64,000 nt of DNA from Candidatus Bathyarchaeota archaeon (GTDB taxonomy: Archaea > Thermoproteota > Bathyarchaeia > Bathyarchaeales > Bathycorpusculaceae), in the NCBI GenBank assembly GCA_963715865.1, contig OY970280.1:1-64000 (forward strand), given 5' to 3'. Under the pieces are notes generated by a model, which ran no database searches, was not told where the DNA came from, and saw only the letters and a program-made list of their open reading frames with translations. The number at the start of each line of letters is the position of its first letter. The stretch's first letter is position 1. Position numbers and translations under genes: made by a program. Of the stretch, positions 19,315-28,467 are shown piece after piece.

Positions 19315-19557
19315 GGGAGCCCAACTGAGTAAACTCCTCAATCAACATAGTATTATAACCTTATGGTAAACCTCGCAACCGCTGATGCGCTTAAAAAATA
19401 CGTGCGTTATTCAGGGTGATACCTCTTTTGCTAGTTGAAAACCCGAGCAAAAAGTATACCCCTATAGGTGTAGTTTCTATAGCAAAATTGACCTACACTG
19501 TCTATGGCAACTAGCTTGAAAACTCGATGCGCTGAAGAATCGATAAGAAAGGGTTTT

Positions 19558-20041
19558 TTATGGTTTTGCTTGTGCGTTTTTAGTAGCGCGTGTATAAACG
19601 TTTGATGATACGCCTGCAACTAAACCGCCTATAGCATCATTTATGATTGAGCCAAGCTTCTTTAGAATCCCGGGTTTAGCTTGGTCAAATCGTACGAATT
19701 CAAAAACTGCTCTGGTTCCGCCGATGTAGCTTGCAATTGCTATTCCTAAAATTTCGTCAGCGACTGGTCCTGGTCTACCTATGAATCTTTCCTTGCGTCA
19801 ATCCAGGAATAAGTCCCTTCTCTGCATCTTCTTGCGCTCGGAAAGCAGCTACTTCAAGGATGGAAACATTAACATCTGCTAGGACATCGAGGAATTCTTC
19901 TCTAAGCATTTCAACGGCTTTTTCCTCTGTTTCCACGCCTGGATGAGGCACAAACATTTCAAGTGCACAGTGAATGAGGCTTTTTAGGGAAATGTCTTTT
20001 TGTTCAAGAAACTCAAGTAAGGCTGGCATTTCATTGCTCAT
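19558..20041 (-). pseudogene. cobZ: Alpha-ribazole phosphatase (archaeal PgpA-like CobZ) split by a +1 frameshift at about 19795
   Basis: FVPHPGVET...DVNV...IPGLT(+1)KERFIGRPGPVADEILGIAIASYIGGTRAVFEFVRFDQAKPGIL...DAIGGLVAGVSSN; length 484 = 3n+1. Confidence 0.8.
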
Positions 20042-20332
20042 AATTTTCAACCTCAATTTTTAAAGGTGAAGTGCGCTTTAAGCGTTGCGTGAGCCTGATT
20101 ACCGTAATACTCCCTTGCATAAGGCTGAGGTTCAATTTCTTGGAGCGATAAGAACTGGATTTAACTTTAGTGGAGGCGGGAGCTGTTGCCAGTGGAGACG
20201 TCAGTGTGGCCGTAGAGTTTGCACTTGGGAAGTTTACTTGTCTTAGAAATATCAACGAAGTCACAAGCAGACAGTTCTGTTTTTGTTGACTGATTATTCA
20301 AAATGCGGAGAAAGGTGCACCTCAACCATAAT

Positions 20333-20830
20333 CTAACGGAAAATTTCAACAGGAGCTTTAGGCACAGCTGATGGAAATGTAGGATTGTAGTCTGAATCTA
20401 AAGGTATTGCCCACTTTTGTGACACGTATATAATAGGCTCTGCACTGATTATGTCCTCTATTTTTTTGATTTGCTCAAATATCTCTACCATTTTCTCAAA
20501 ATTCCTGAAAAAAACCGAACAGTACAAATCGTGGTCTCCCAATGTTCTCGCTGTTAGTATTACGTTTTCCAACTTGGTTAGTTTAACTCTAATTCCATCG
20601 TTATCTGCTACCGATTTTGTTTTAATTAGAAAATCGACTAGTCCTTCAAACCCGCACATATATGAATCCAGAACTATTGTAGGGTTCGATATTATTCCTT
20701 GTTTTATTAATTTCCTGAATCTTCTTAGCACAGTATCTGTTCCCATATTTAGCGTCTTCGCTATCTTGCTGAACGGCGTTTTCGCATCTCGTCTCAAGGC
20801 TTCGATTATTTCTGCGTCTATGCGATCCAT
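20333..20830 (-). CDS. Lrp/AsnC family transcriptional regulator
   Basis: MDRIDAEIIEALRRDAKTPFSKIAK HTH; TLGDHDL in the C-terminal RAM domain. Confidence 0.88.
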   Translation of the reverse strand: MDRIDAEIIEALRRDAKTPFSKIAKTLNMGTDTVLRRFRKLIKQGIISNPTIVLDSYMCGFEGLVDFLIKTKSVADNDGIRVKLTKLENVILTARTLGDHDLYCSVFFRNFEKMVEIFEQIKKIEDIISAEPIIYVSQKWAIPLDSDYNPTFPSAVPKAPVEIFR

Positions 20831-20836
20831 ATTTTT

Positions 20837-21307
20837 CTACCTTGTGAGAAGATGTTCGAGACTGACCTCATCATAATGTGAAGACATTTCATTAATTATG
20901 CTAGCGTTTACTTCAATTACTGCAGGATGCTTTTGGATCATATATTTTACTGCGTTCAAGTCTAAAGGGTTCTTGAGGAAAATCCAGCAAAAAATGTTGT
21001 AGTGACCAACGCTTTCCCAACAGTATATCAATGCATTAGTCAGTTTCAACCCGTAAATGTAGTCAACTACTTGTCTTGCCAGAGAATTGACCGTTTTTAT
21101 TCCCATTTGGGTTATTACTCCTCCTAGTTTATAGAAATTCACATTTACAGTGGATCCCTTGACTAGTCCGGTTTTCTTCATTTTCCTGAACCGCGCTTGC
21201 ACGGCGCTTGTTGAAATTCCTATTTCTTCAGCAATTTTCTTGTAAGGTGTACGTGCATTTTTTCTGAATGCATTTATGATTGCAAGATCTATTGAATCAA
21301 GATTCGT
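20837..21307 (-). CDS. Lrp/AsnC family regulator lacking a canonical start codon (ACG at 21307)
   Basis: In-frame HTH NLDSIDLAIINAFRKNARTPYKKIAEEIG lies upstream of the ORF-track start at 21202; GAGGT 8 nt before ACG. Confidence 0.75.
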   Translation of the reverse strand, partial: TNLDSIDLAIINAFRKNARTPYKKIAEEIGISTSAVQARFRKMKKTGLVKGSTVNVNFYKLGGVITQMGIKTVNSLARQVVDYIYGLKLTNALIYCWESVGHYNIFCWIFLKNPLDLNAVKYMIQKHPAVIEVNASIINEMSSHYDEVSLEHLLTR

Positions 21308-21935
21308 TGTCTTTGACCTCTATCGTTATATTTTTGACCTTCCACTTAAGCATTTCACAATATTTACCTTGTGCATAGCTATTCCGAGTTTTGTCGAGGT
21401 AGTTTTTCTTCTAATCGTAGCATTCGCTCCAGCGCTGCCTTTCCGCTTACCATTCAAGGTTCAAGGAGCAATGTAACGTGAAAGCGCTATTTGAACCCGC
21501 TTATTCTAATGTTCTTGGGTCTGTATGTCGAAGAGAGTTTGAGTGTATGAGTGTGAGTGAGCCATGATAACAAATTAGGTTCAAAATGGAACAAGCGACG
21601 ATGAAAGTGAGAGAACATGGATCGACTTCATGTTTCACCATGCCAAAAACCAATCTTTAATGGTTGCCAAGGTTGTTCGGCAATAAAATGCCGCATTGAA
21701 TAGACGTATCCCTTACTACGATTATTCTTGGTTGGCAACTTGGCAGTGTCGTACAGAGACTAGCTTTCGCTATTTGAAAACACAGAACTTATTCATAGAT
21801 TATCTACTTTTTGCGTTTCTTTTGTTCGCGTTTGTTAAAGGAGCTGTCGGCTATAAAAATAAAAAATGACGTGTTATGTTATTAGAGATGAATTTATTGC
21901 TAAAAGAGAGGGATCTAATTCGAGCAAGAAATACA

Positions 21936-21948
21936 AAAAATATATAAG
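21936..21948 (+). promoter_or_regulatory. TATA-box-like element upstream of the EamA-like gene
   Basis: A-rich run followed by tatataag, about 40 bp before ATG 21987. Confidence 0.45.
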
Positions 21949-21986
21949 CAAACCAACTGAAAAATTTAGCCCAGGAGAGTGAAGAA

Positions 21987-22394
21987 ATGAACTGGATTGT
22001 ATCTAGTTTGGTTGCTTTGGTTTGTTGGGGGTTTTGGGGTTTTTTTATTAAACTGGCTTCAAGATATTTAGGTTGGACTCAGATTTTGGTGATTTCTGGC
22101 GTAGTAAGTCTGCTGACAGCAATGATTGTTTTTTTAGGGAAGCCTCAGATGGACGTGCACTCTCCAGGCATCGTTTATGCTTTGCTAGCTGGCGCTACCG
22201 GCGCCTTGGCCCTTGTAGCTTTCTATAACGCGCTTAGCGCTGGAAAGGCTAGCATTATTGTTCCCTTGACCGCACTTTATCCAGTGGTAACGATAGTAAT
22301 ATCATTCTTGATACTTAGCGAGAGAATAAGCCCTTTGAAAGGAGTTGGGATAGCGCTCGCCGTGGCGGCTATCATTCTGCTGTCTATTGAATAG
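21987..22394 (+). CDS. EamA/DMT-family small transporter
   Basis: ALVCWGFWGFFIK, ALSAGKASIIVPLTALYP, LSERISPLKGVG. Confidence 0.88.
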   Translation: MNWIVSSLVALVCWGFWGFFIKLASRYLGWTQILVISGVVSLLTAMIVFLGKPQMDVHSPGIVYALLAGATGALALVAFYNALSAGKASIIVPLTALYPVVTIVISFLILSERISPLKGVGIALAVAAIILLSIE

Positions 22395-22627
22395 CGTTTT
22401 GCCGTCGAAATGGCTCTTTTTTCTTGTTGAAAGGAGAGATCTCACACGCGCTTTTATCCAAAAATTTGAATAGATTTAAGCTAAAATATTATCACTATTC
22501 AGTATTATTGGCACAAAAATCCACATAAATGACATATTATTGGCACATATACAGTTGTTTTTATCTACTAGCGGAAAAGCCTATAAACAACCTTAACGAG
22601 ATAATTTTGGGGAAGGGGTTGGGTCGC

Positions 22628-23458
22628 TTGGCCATTTGTGACGATGCAGAAACGTTAATGGGCTTAGGGCTTACTGGGAGGCAGGCCAAGGTCTATCTTG
22701 CTCTTCTTCGAAAAGGGCCGTCTAAGGCAGAAGTGATATCTAGAGCATCGTCAGTTCACAGACCAGAAGTTTATCGTGTAATTAATTGTCTTAAAGAAAT
22801 CGGGTTAGCAGAGATACATTTGTCCACCCCAACCGTGTTCAGTGCGGTTCCCATAAATGATGCTGTAGCAGTATTGTTTAACCGAAAAACTATGGAACTC
22901 AAGAAGACAAGTAGAAAAGCAAAAAGTCTCATTCACAAACTTGACCAAAAAGACAAACTGACGGAAAGGAATTTGGCAGAATCCCCGGTTCTTGTAGTAT
23001 CCGAAAATGAATATTTCAGAAAAATGAGACGCAGTGTTGAACAATCTCGAGTTAGTGTAGACATTGTCAACACTAGTGAAAGTCTCCGAAGATTGTTCTT
23101 TCTATTTGATAGTCTACTGAAGAAGATATTGCTGAGGAACGTGGCAATCAGGGTGATAACGGAAGAGCATGAAAATAGAATACTGCCAAAAAATCTTGTT
23201 TCATTTTTTGAAAACCAGTTCCGTTTTGAACTGAGATTAATGCTCAACATGCCACTGACTTCCGTAACAATATTTGATAACAAAGAAGTTTATGCCATTA
23301 TTTACATGACTGATAGTCTAAACTATAACACACATCTTTGGTCGAACAATGAGAGTTGGTTAGCCCTTTGCCAAGGGTACTTCAACTCTCTGTGGGCGCA
23401 AGGTAAGACACGCAGGTATCCATTTGCTGACCCTGTAGCTCTGAAACTGACAACCTAG
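22628..23458 (+). CDS. TrmB family transcriptional regulator
   Basis: LGLTGRQAKVYLALL...VHRPEVYRV...L.EIGL, C-terminal TIFDNKEV; TTG start at 22628 preferred over 22529. Confidence 0.85.
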   Translation: MAICDDAETLMGLGLTGRQAKVYLALLRKGPSKAEVISRASSVHRPEVYRVINCLKEIGLAEIHLSTPTVFSAVPINDAVAVLFNRKTMELKKTSRKAKSLIHKLDQKDKLTERNLAESPVLVVSENEYFRKMRRSVEQSRVSVDIVNTSESLRRLFFLFDSLLKKILLRNVAIRVITEEHENRILPKNLVSFFENQFRFELRLMLNMPLTSVTIFDNKEVYAIIYMTDSLNYNTHLWSNNESWLALCQGYFNSLWAQGKTRRYPFADPVALKLTT

Positions 23459-23652
23459 CGCGTACTAGCATGGGTATACCTCAGGCATGTTTTTCTTTTT
23501 GAAAAAATCACTTTGTATAGGCTTAGGTTGGTTCATTTTCAGTCTTGTTGTGGTGTCGGTACGTGTCATACCTACAAATTGTTAAATTATGATTTAATGA
23601 ACCATACGAGCTGTACACAGAGATGTGTATTATACTAATAGGAGAAAAAAGA

Positions 23653-26166
23653 ATGACTAGAAATAAAATCGCTATTGCAATTGCTTTGTTTCTGATGTTT
23701 TCTATGTTTTCTACGCTTATCGCTATACCTCCTAGTGCTCAAGTAATTAAAATGTACAGCTTCATTCATGTTCAACCTAATCCCGTAGGTGTCGGCCAGA
23801 CCGTCACTATCTATTTTCAGCTTGATAAGGTGCCGCCACTGAACTGGGCTAATGGACAAGTCAGTGGTGAATACTGGCAGAATATTACCATTAACGTCGA
23901 AAAGCCTGATGGAACCAAAGAAACCCTGGGACCATATGAATCTCAATCTCAGGGAGCAAGTTACATAAAATACGTACCAACACAAATTGGCAACTACACA
24001 TTTCAAGTTAGCTTTCCTGGACAAACCTTAACTGTTGCTTCCCAAAACACCTATGGCCCCACCACAAGCGAAAAAGTGACACTTACAGTACAGGAGGAGC
24101 AGATAGCCAACTTGCCATCTCCACCACTGCCAACCAACTACTGGAGTGGACCGATAGACGCGCAGAACAGAGATTGGTACACGATTGGAGGAAACTGGCT
24201 AGGTCTACCCAGTGTAGATCCGAGCGGGTCTAATTATTACTCGACTCTATCCTATCATGGCACTGCTAACCTTTACAGCACAGGGCCAGAAACCGCCCAC
24301 ATAGCATGGACAAAAGACTTGGGACTCGGAGGCCTCATCGGAGGAGAATACGGTTCCGAAATGTACTTCACTGGACTTTGGTACTATCCAAAATCTCCAA
24401 ATCCAATCATAATGGATGGGAGACTCTATGAAAGAACTATGTCGGGTTCATTTAACTATAAAGGTACCGCTTGCATAGACCTACGAACCGGAGAAGAACT
24501 TTGGAATAAGGATGGCCTTTTTGTGTCATTTGGCCAAATCTATTATCAAGACATCGGTGATATTCACGGAGGCATACCGCTCTTATGGGCGACAGGCGCA
24601 ATAAATGACTCTGGTGTTATTACTAGCCCATCGCTCTATGAAGGAATTGCGACGAGTTCAACATGGCATTTGTATGATGCATTCACTGGAGACCTAATAA
24701 GGGACCTGAACCATGCAGTTACAGGTGGTGCAACAGTTTTTGGGCCCAACGGGGAAGTACTATATTACATGCTTGACGGAAACAACAATTGGCTTGCTAG
24801 GTGGAATTCAAGTGCGGTTACAGATTTCGTAGCATATGAAACTGGAATGTGGCAATGGTCACCTAAACCAGGACCAACTGTCGATTGGCGCAGCGGAATA
24901 GACCTTAACGTGTCGATTCCCGATATGCCTGGAAACCATAAAATTGTCGGCATAGACTCTGATGTGATATACGCAAGGGCAACCTTTACGCTGGGCGATG
25001 GGGACATGATTGCGAGTGATGCAGCTTTTGACCTTCAAACAGGGGCTAAACTATGGGGTCCTGTAAACCGAACCGTAGCGGGAAGTCGTGCCGGGCTAGC
25101 TATAAGTGATGATGTCTTTGTCGATTGGCAGTCAAGGACATTCCAACTCACAGCTTTCAACGTTAAAAATGGACAAGTGTTATGGACAGCTGAGACAAAC
25201 AAGGATGCTTTCGAATACCATGGTACGAGAGGGACTATCGCTTACGGCAAATTGTATGTAAATAGCTATAGTGGGTACGTTTACGCTTTTGATCTGCAGA
25301 CGGGAAACCGTGATTGGACATTTTTCGATGGAAGCAGTGGGTTTGAAACTCCAACTGGTTCTTGGCAACTCTATAACGATCCTATAATTGCTGACGGAAA
25401 GATCTACATTCCTTCAGGCGATGTTGAACCCTTTACACCTTATTGGCGAGGTTACACTATGATTTGCCTCAACACAACAACGGGGCAGGAAATATGGCGT
25501 AGCTTGGGATCTTTCCAAACCCAAACACCTAATACTATGGACATGGCTCTGGCGGATGGATACTTAGTAGGAATGAACATGTACGACAATCGACTATACG
25601 CATACGGCAAAGGTCCAAGCGCCACTACTGTTACGGCACCTGACGTTGGCGTCACAACTTCCACACCAATAACGATAACTGGCGCAGTAACTGACATCTC
25701 TGCCGGCTCGCAACAAGACGCAGTGGCAGCAAACTATCCCAATGGTCTTCCATGCGTATCTGACGCAAGCATGAGTCAGTTTATGGAAGCCGTTTACGAG
25801 CAGCAGCCAATGCCAACAAACGTAACCGGAGTCACAGTTACCCTAAGTGTTCTTGACTCCAACGGCAACTACAGGCAAATTGGCACCACTGTATCTAATG
25901 CTATGGGCACGTATGACTTAACTTGGACGCCTGACATACCCGGCGATTACGCAGTCATCGCTAACTTTGCAGGTTCAGGATCATACTATGGATCTTCTGC
26001 TCAAACATACTTCTATGCTAGCTCTCCATCCGCAACAGCATCTCCATATCCAGTGACTGTTTTGCCTCCGACTGAGATGTACTTCGCCATTTCTACAGTT
26101 GTCATAATCGTTGCAATCGCGATAGTCGGCTTAGTGATAGTAATGCAGCTTAGAAAACGGTCGTAA
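23653..26166 (+). CDS. Secreted PQQ-binding-like beta-propeller protein with Ig-like domains and C-terminal TM anchor
   Basis: Signal peptide; QPNPVGVGQTV; W-repeat blades (DLRTGEELW, FDLQTGAKLW, FDLQTGNRDW, LNTTTGQEIW); C-terminal TM followed by RKRS. Confidence 0.85.
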   Translation: MTRNKIAIAIALFLMFSMFSTLIAIPPSAQVIKMYSFIHVQPNPVGVGQTVTIYFQLDKVPPLNWANGQVSGEYWQNITINVEKPDGTKETLGPYESQSQGASYIKYVPTQIGNYTFQVSFPGQTLTVASQNTYGPTTSEKVTLTVQEEQIANLPSPPLPTNYWSGPIDAQNRDWYTIGGNWLGLPSVDPSGSNYYSTLSYHGTANLYSTGPETAHIAWTKDLGLGGLIGGEYGSEMYFTGLWYYPKSPNPIIMDGRLYERTMSGSFNYKGTACIDLRTGEELWNKDGLFVSFGQIYYQDIGDIHGGIPLLWATGAINDSGVITSPSLYEGIATSSTWHLYDAFTGDLIRDLNHAVTGGATVFGPNGEVLYYMLDGNNNWLARWNSSAVTDFVAYETGMWQWSPKPGPTVDWRSGIDLNVSIPDMPGNHKIVGIDSDVIYARATFTLGDGDMIASDAAFDLQTGAKLWGPVNRTVAGSRAGLAISDDVFVDWQSRTFQLTAFNVKNGQVLWTAETNKDAFEYHGTRGTIAYGKLYVNSYSGYVYAFDLQTGNRDWTFFDGSSGFETPTGSWQLYNDPIIADGKIYIPSGDVEPFTPYWRGYTMICLNTTTGQEIWRSLGSFQTQTPNTMDMALADGYLVGMNMYDNRLYAYGKGPSATTVTAPDVGVTTSTPITITGAVTDISAGSQQDAVAANYPNGLPCVSDASMSQFMEAVYEQQPMPTNVTGVTVTLSVLDSNGNYRQIGTTVSNAMGTYDLTWTPDIPGDYAVIANFAGSGSYYGSSAQTYFYASSPSATASPYPVTVLPPTEMYFAISTVVIIVAIAIVGLVIVMQLRKRS

Positions 26167-26184
26167 GCATCGAAACGACCAAAA

Positions 26185-26202
26185 ACTTTCCCCTTTTTTA
26201 GT
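26185..26202 (+). terminator. Pyrimidine/T-rich archaeal terminator-like tract
   Basis: actttcccctttttta about 20 bp after the stop at 26166. Confidence 0.4.
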
Positions 26203-26678
26203 CTTAAAAGCAGCGGAGAAAAGAATAAGGGCTGAGAAGGCTCTGGTCAAAAGTCACGATATTGCCCAATTGTCGTGCGTTTGCATTTTTCTCCTTAAAT
26301 TCGTTCCAGAGCCTCAGCAAACCCTAATAGCTCTAAACGCGCGCTGTATCTGTTATCCTTCTTTTTTGTGTGTTGTAGCGCACGCTTTCTTGTGTCTTAT
26401 GTTACGCTATAACAACACCTTAATATGAAAAGGTTGGATAAACCAACCAAACACAAGGCGTGATAATTTGCTAAACTTCAAGAAAAAAACCGCTGTTTCG
26501 CTCAAAATTTTACCGAAAAGCAAATTATCTAAAAGTTTGAGCAGTAAAATCGTCTTTCTTATGGTTACTTGTTTCTTGGCTAAATTTAATGGAAAGCCAT
26601 ATTTTTCACGTTCACCTAAAACCTGATATGTAAAATTAACGGTTGAGGGTGAAGTGACTTAGGGAGAGTAAAATCAAA

Positions 26679-27350
26679 ATGAAAGTTGTTGCTTCATGGA
26701 GTGGCGGAAAAGACAGTTGCTTTGCATGTTACAAGGCAACCCAACAAGGCTACGAAGTAGTCAACCTTTTAACCATGATGATGAGTGAGACAAAATCAAG
26801 CTTCCACATGATACCATCCGGCATACTGGATGCACAAGCGGACGCCATCGGGATTCCATTGGTAAAACAGAAAACTACGCCTGAAACCTACGAGAAAGAC
26901 TTCAAAGCAGCACTGCAACGATTCAAAGCTAAAGGCGTTGAAGGCTTAGTCACAGGAGACATTTACGAAGTGGCAGGGCATGAGGAAGGCTGGCTGAACC
27001 GAGTCTGCAAAGAAGTCGGCTTAAAACCAGTAAAGCCCCTGTGGATGGGTGACACAAAACAGATTTACCTTGACTACTTGAAAACTGGTTTCAAAGCAAC
27101 TGTAGTGCGCACTAAACTGGAATTGTTAGGCTTGGATTGGCTTGGAAGACAACTAGACAAAAAATTCTATGACGACATTCTTAAGCTTGGCAACGTTGAT
27201 GCTTGCGGTGAAGGCGGCGAATACCACACTGTCGTAACTGATGGACCGACATTCAAGAAAAAGATTGAAATTCTTGAAACACAAAAACACAAGCTTGACG
27301 GCGGCTTTGGCTATTTAGAAATCAAACGGTTCGCTGTTAAATCCAAATGA
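26679..27350 (+). CDS. Dph6/DUF71 family PP-loop ATPase, paralog 2, first gene of the cob operon
   Basis: SWSGGKDS, FHMIP, QADAIGIPL, LVTGDI, PLW, DACGEGGEYHT. Confidence 0.88.
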   Translation: MKVVASWSGGKDSCFACYKATQQGYEVVNLLTMMMSETKSSFHMIPSGILDAQADAIGIPLVKQKTTPETYEKDFKAALQRFKAKGVEGLVTGDIYEVAGHEEGWLNRVCKEVGLKPVKPLWMGDTKQIYLDYLKTGFKATVVRTKLELLGLDWLGRQLDKKFYDDILKLGNVDACGEGGEYHTVVTDGPTFKKKIEILETQKHKLDGGFGYLEIKRFAVKSK

Positions 27351-27365
27351 AGTGGTCAACCAAAA

Positions 27366-28466
27366 ATGGACAGAAGCCTTGATGTGCTGGTCGCTAATAA
27401 TGAATTGAAAGCGCAAGCTTTTCTAGAAGAAATTGATGGGAAAAACCCCCTTTTCATCTGCACTATAGCTACAACGGAAACCGGCAAAATCTCCGGAATC
27501 TCAGCAGCAGGAAAATATCCAGAATTCACTGATTACACTCCGCCAGCGGATGCTGAACTATTATTGCTGGGCAAGTGTAAATCGATTGCAGGTGTGCCTG
27601 TTACTCCTGATGGAATTCCGACACCAGCGTTAATTACCATGTCAGCTTTGCGTTTGGCTGATATTCCTGTGCTGGTTGTCAGTGGCGGGTTAAAAGTAAA
27701 ACCGCAGATTCCCTTTTTAGACCTCGGCGGAAGCCCAGGAAGAGACATCCGAACTGGCAACGCCGTTGATAATGTTGCAGAGGTTATTGAGCGAGCTAAA
27801 ATTGCCGGACAGCACTTGGCTAAGGCAGTAGATTACCTTGTGATTGGCGAGAGTATTCCCGGAGGAACAACAACTGCTCTTGGCGTATTAACAGCTTTAG
27901 GAGTAAAAGCTGAAGGAAAAGTAAGCAGTAGCATGCCTGAAAATCCTCATAGCTTGAAAGCTGAAACAGTTAAGGCAGGATTGGCGGCTGCAGGCGAAAG
28001 TTTCGGCAGTTTAGCAAACAATCCAGTTAAAGCTATTTCCTGCGTTGGCGACCCGATGATGGCTGCTTTCTCGGGACTGGTGATTGGTGCTGCTTCGCAG
28101 GTTCCAGTGTTGATGGCTGGCGGGACTCAGATGAGTGCTGTTTTAGCTTTGGTGAACGCATTGAACCCTGATGTTCTCTGTAACGTGGCTGTGGGTACAA
28201 CAAGATGGGTTGCAAAAGACAAGTCATCTGACCTCAAAGGCATAGTTACCCAGTTCTGTGATGTGCCGATTTTAGCTGCTGACTTAAACTTTGGCTCCTC
28301 ACGTTTTCCTGGTTTGCAGGCGTATGAAACCGGCATTGTGAAGGAAGGTGTCGGCGCAGGCGGCGCTTCTATTGCAGCTATGGCTAAGCTTGGCGGCGCA
28401 GTAACAAAAGACCTATTGCTTAAAGAGATTGAGCGTAATTATGCTCTGTTGATGGGTTTGAAGTGA
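27366..28466 (+). CDS. cobT: Archaeal nicotinate-mononucleotide:base phosphoribosyltransferase
   Basis: GISAAG, TPPADAE, PTPALIT, GESIPGGTTTA, GDPMM, MAGGTQM, VKEGVGAGG. Confidence 0.88.
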   Translation: MDRSLDVLVANNELKAQAFLEEIDGKNPLFICTIATTETGKISGISAAGKYPEFTDYTPPADAELLLLGKCKSIAGVPVTPDGIPTPALITMSALRLADIPVLVVSGGLKVKPQIPFLDLGGSPGRDIRTGNAVDNVAEVIERAKIAGQHLAKAVDYLVIGESIPGGTTTALGVLTALGVKAEGKVSSSMPENPHSLKAETVKAGLAAAGESFGSLANNPVKAISCVGDPMMAAFSGLVIGAASQVPVLMAGGTQMSAVLALVNALNPDVLCNVAVGTTRWVAKDKSSDLKGIVTQFCDVPILAADLNFGSSRFPGLQAYETGIVKEGVGAGGASIAAMAKLGGAVTKDLLLKEIERNYALLMGLK

Positions 28467-28467
28467 G

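Noticed and set aside
19431-19527. Degenerate repeat ctagttgaaaacccga / ctagcttgaaaactcga 80 bp apart
   Set aside because: Too short and mismatched to distinguish from chance.
20031-20349. ORFs 20031-20264 and 20167-20349 as a split cbiZ or other cob gene
   Set aside because: None of the frames shows CbiZ-type motifs.
21478-21505. Minus-strand GCGGGTTCAAAT resembling a tRNA T-loop
   Set aside because: No complementary T-stem or acceptor sequence follows.
26167-26678. Possible cobalamin riboswitch in the 510-bp leader of the cob operon
   Set aside because: No AGGGAA / GCCACTG...GGGAAG / CCCGCAACTGT arrangement found by eye; an Rfam scan would settle it.
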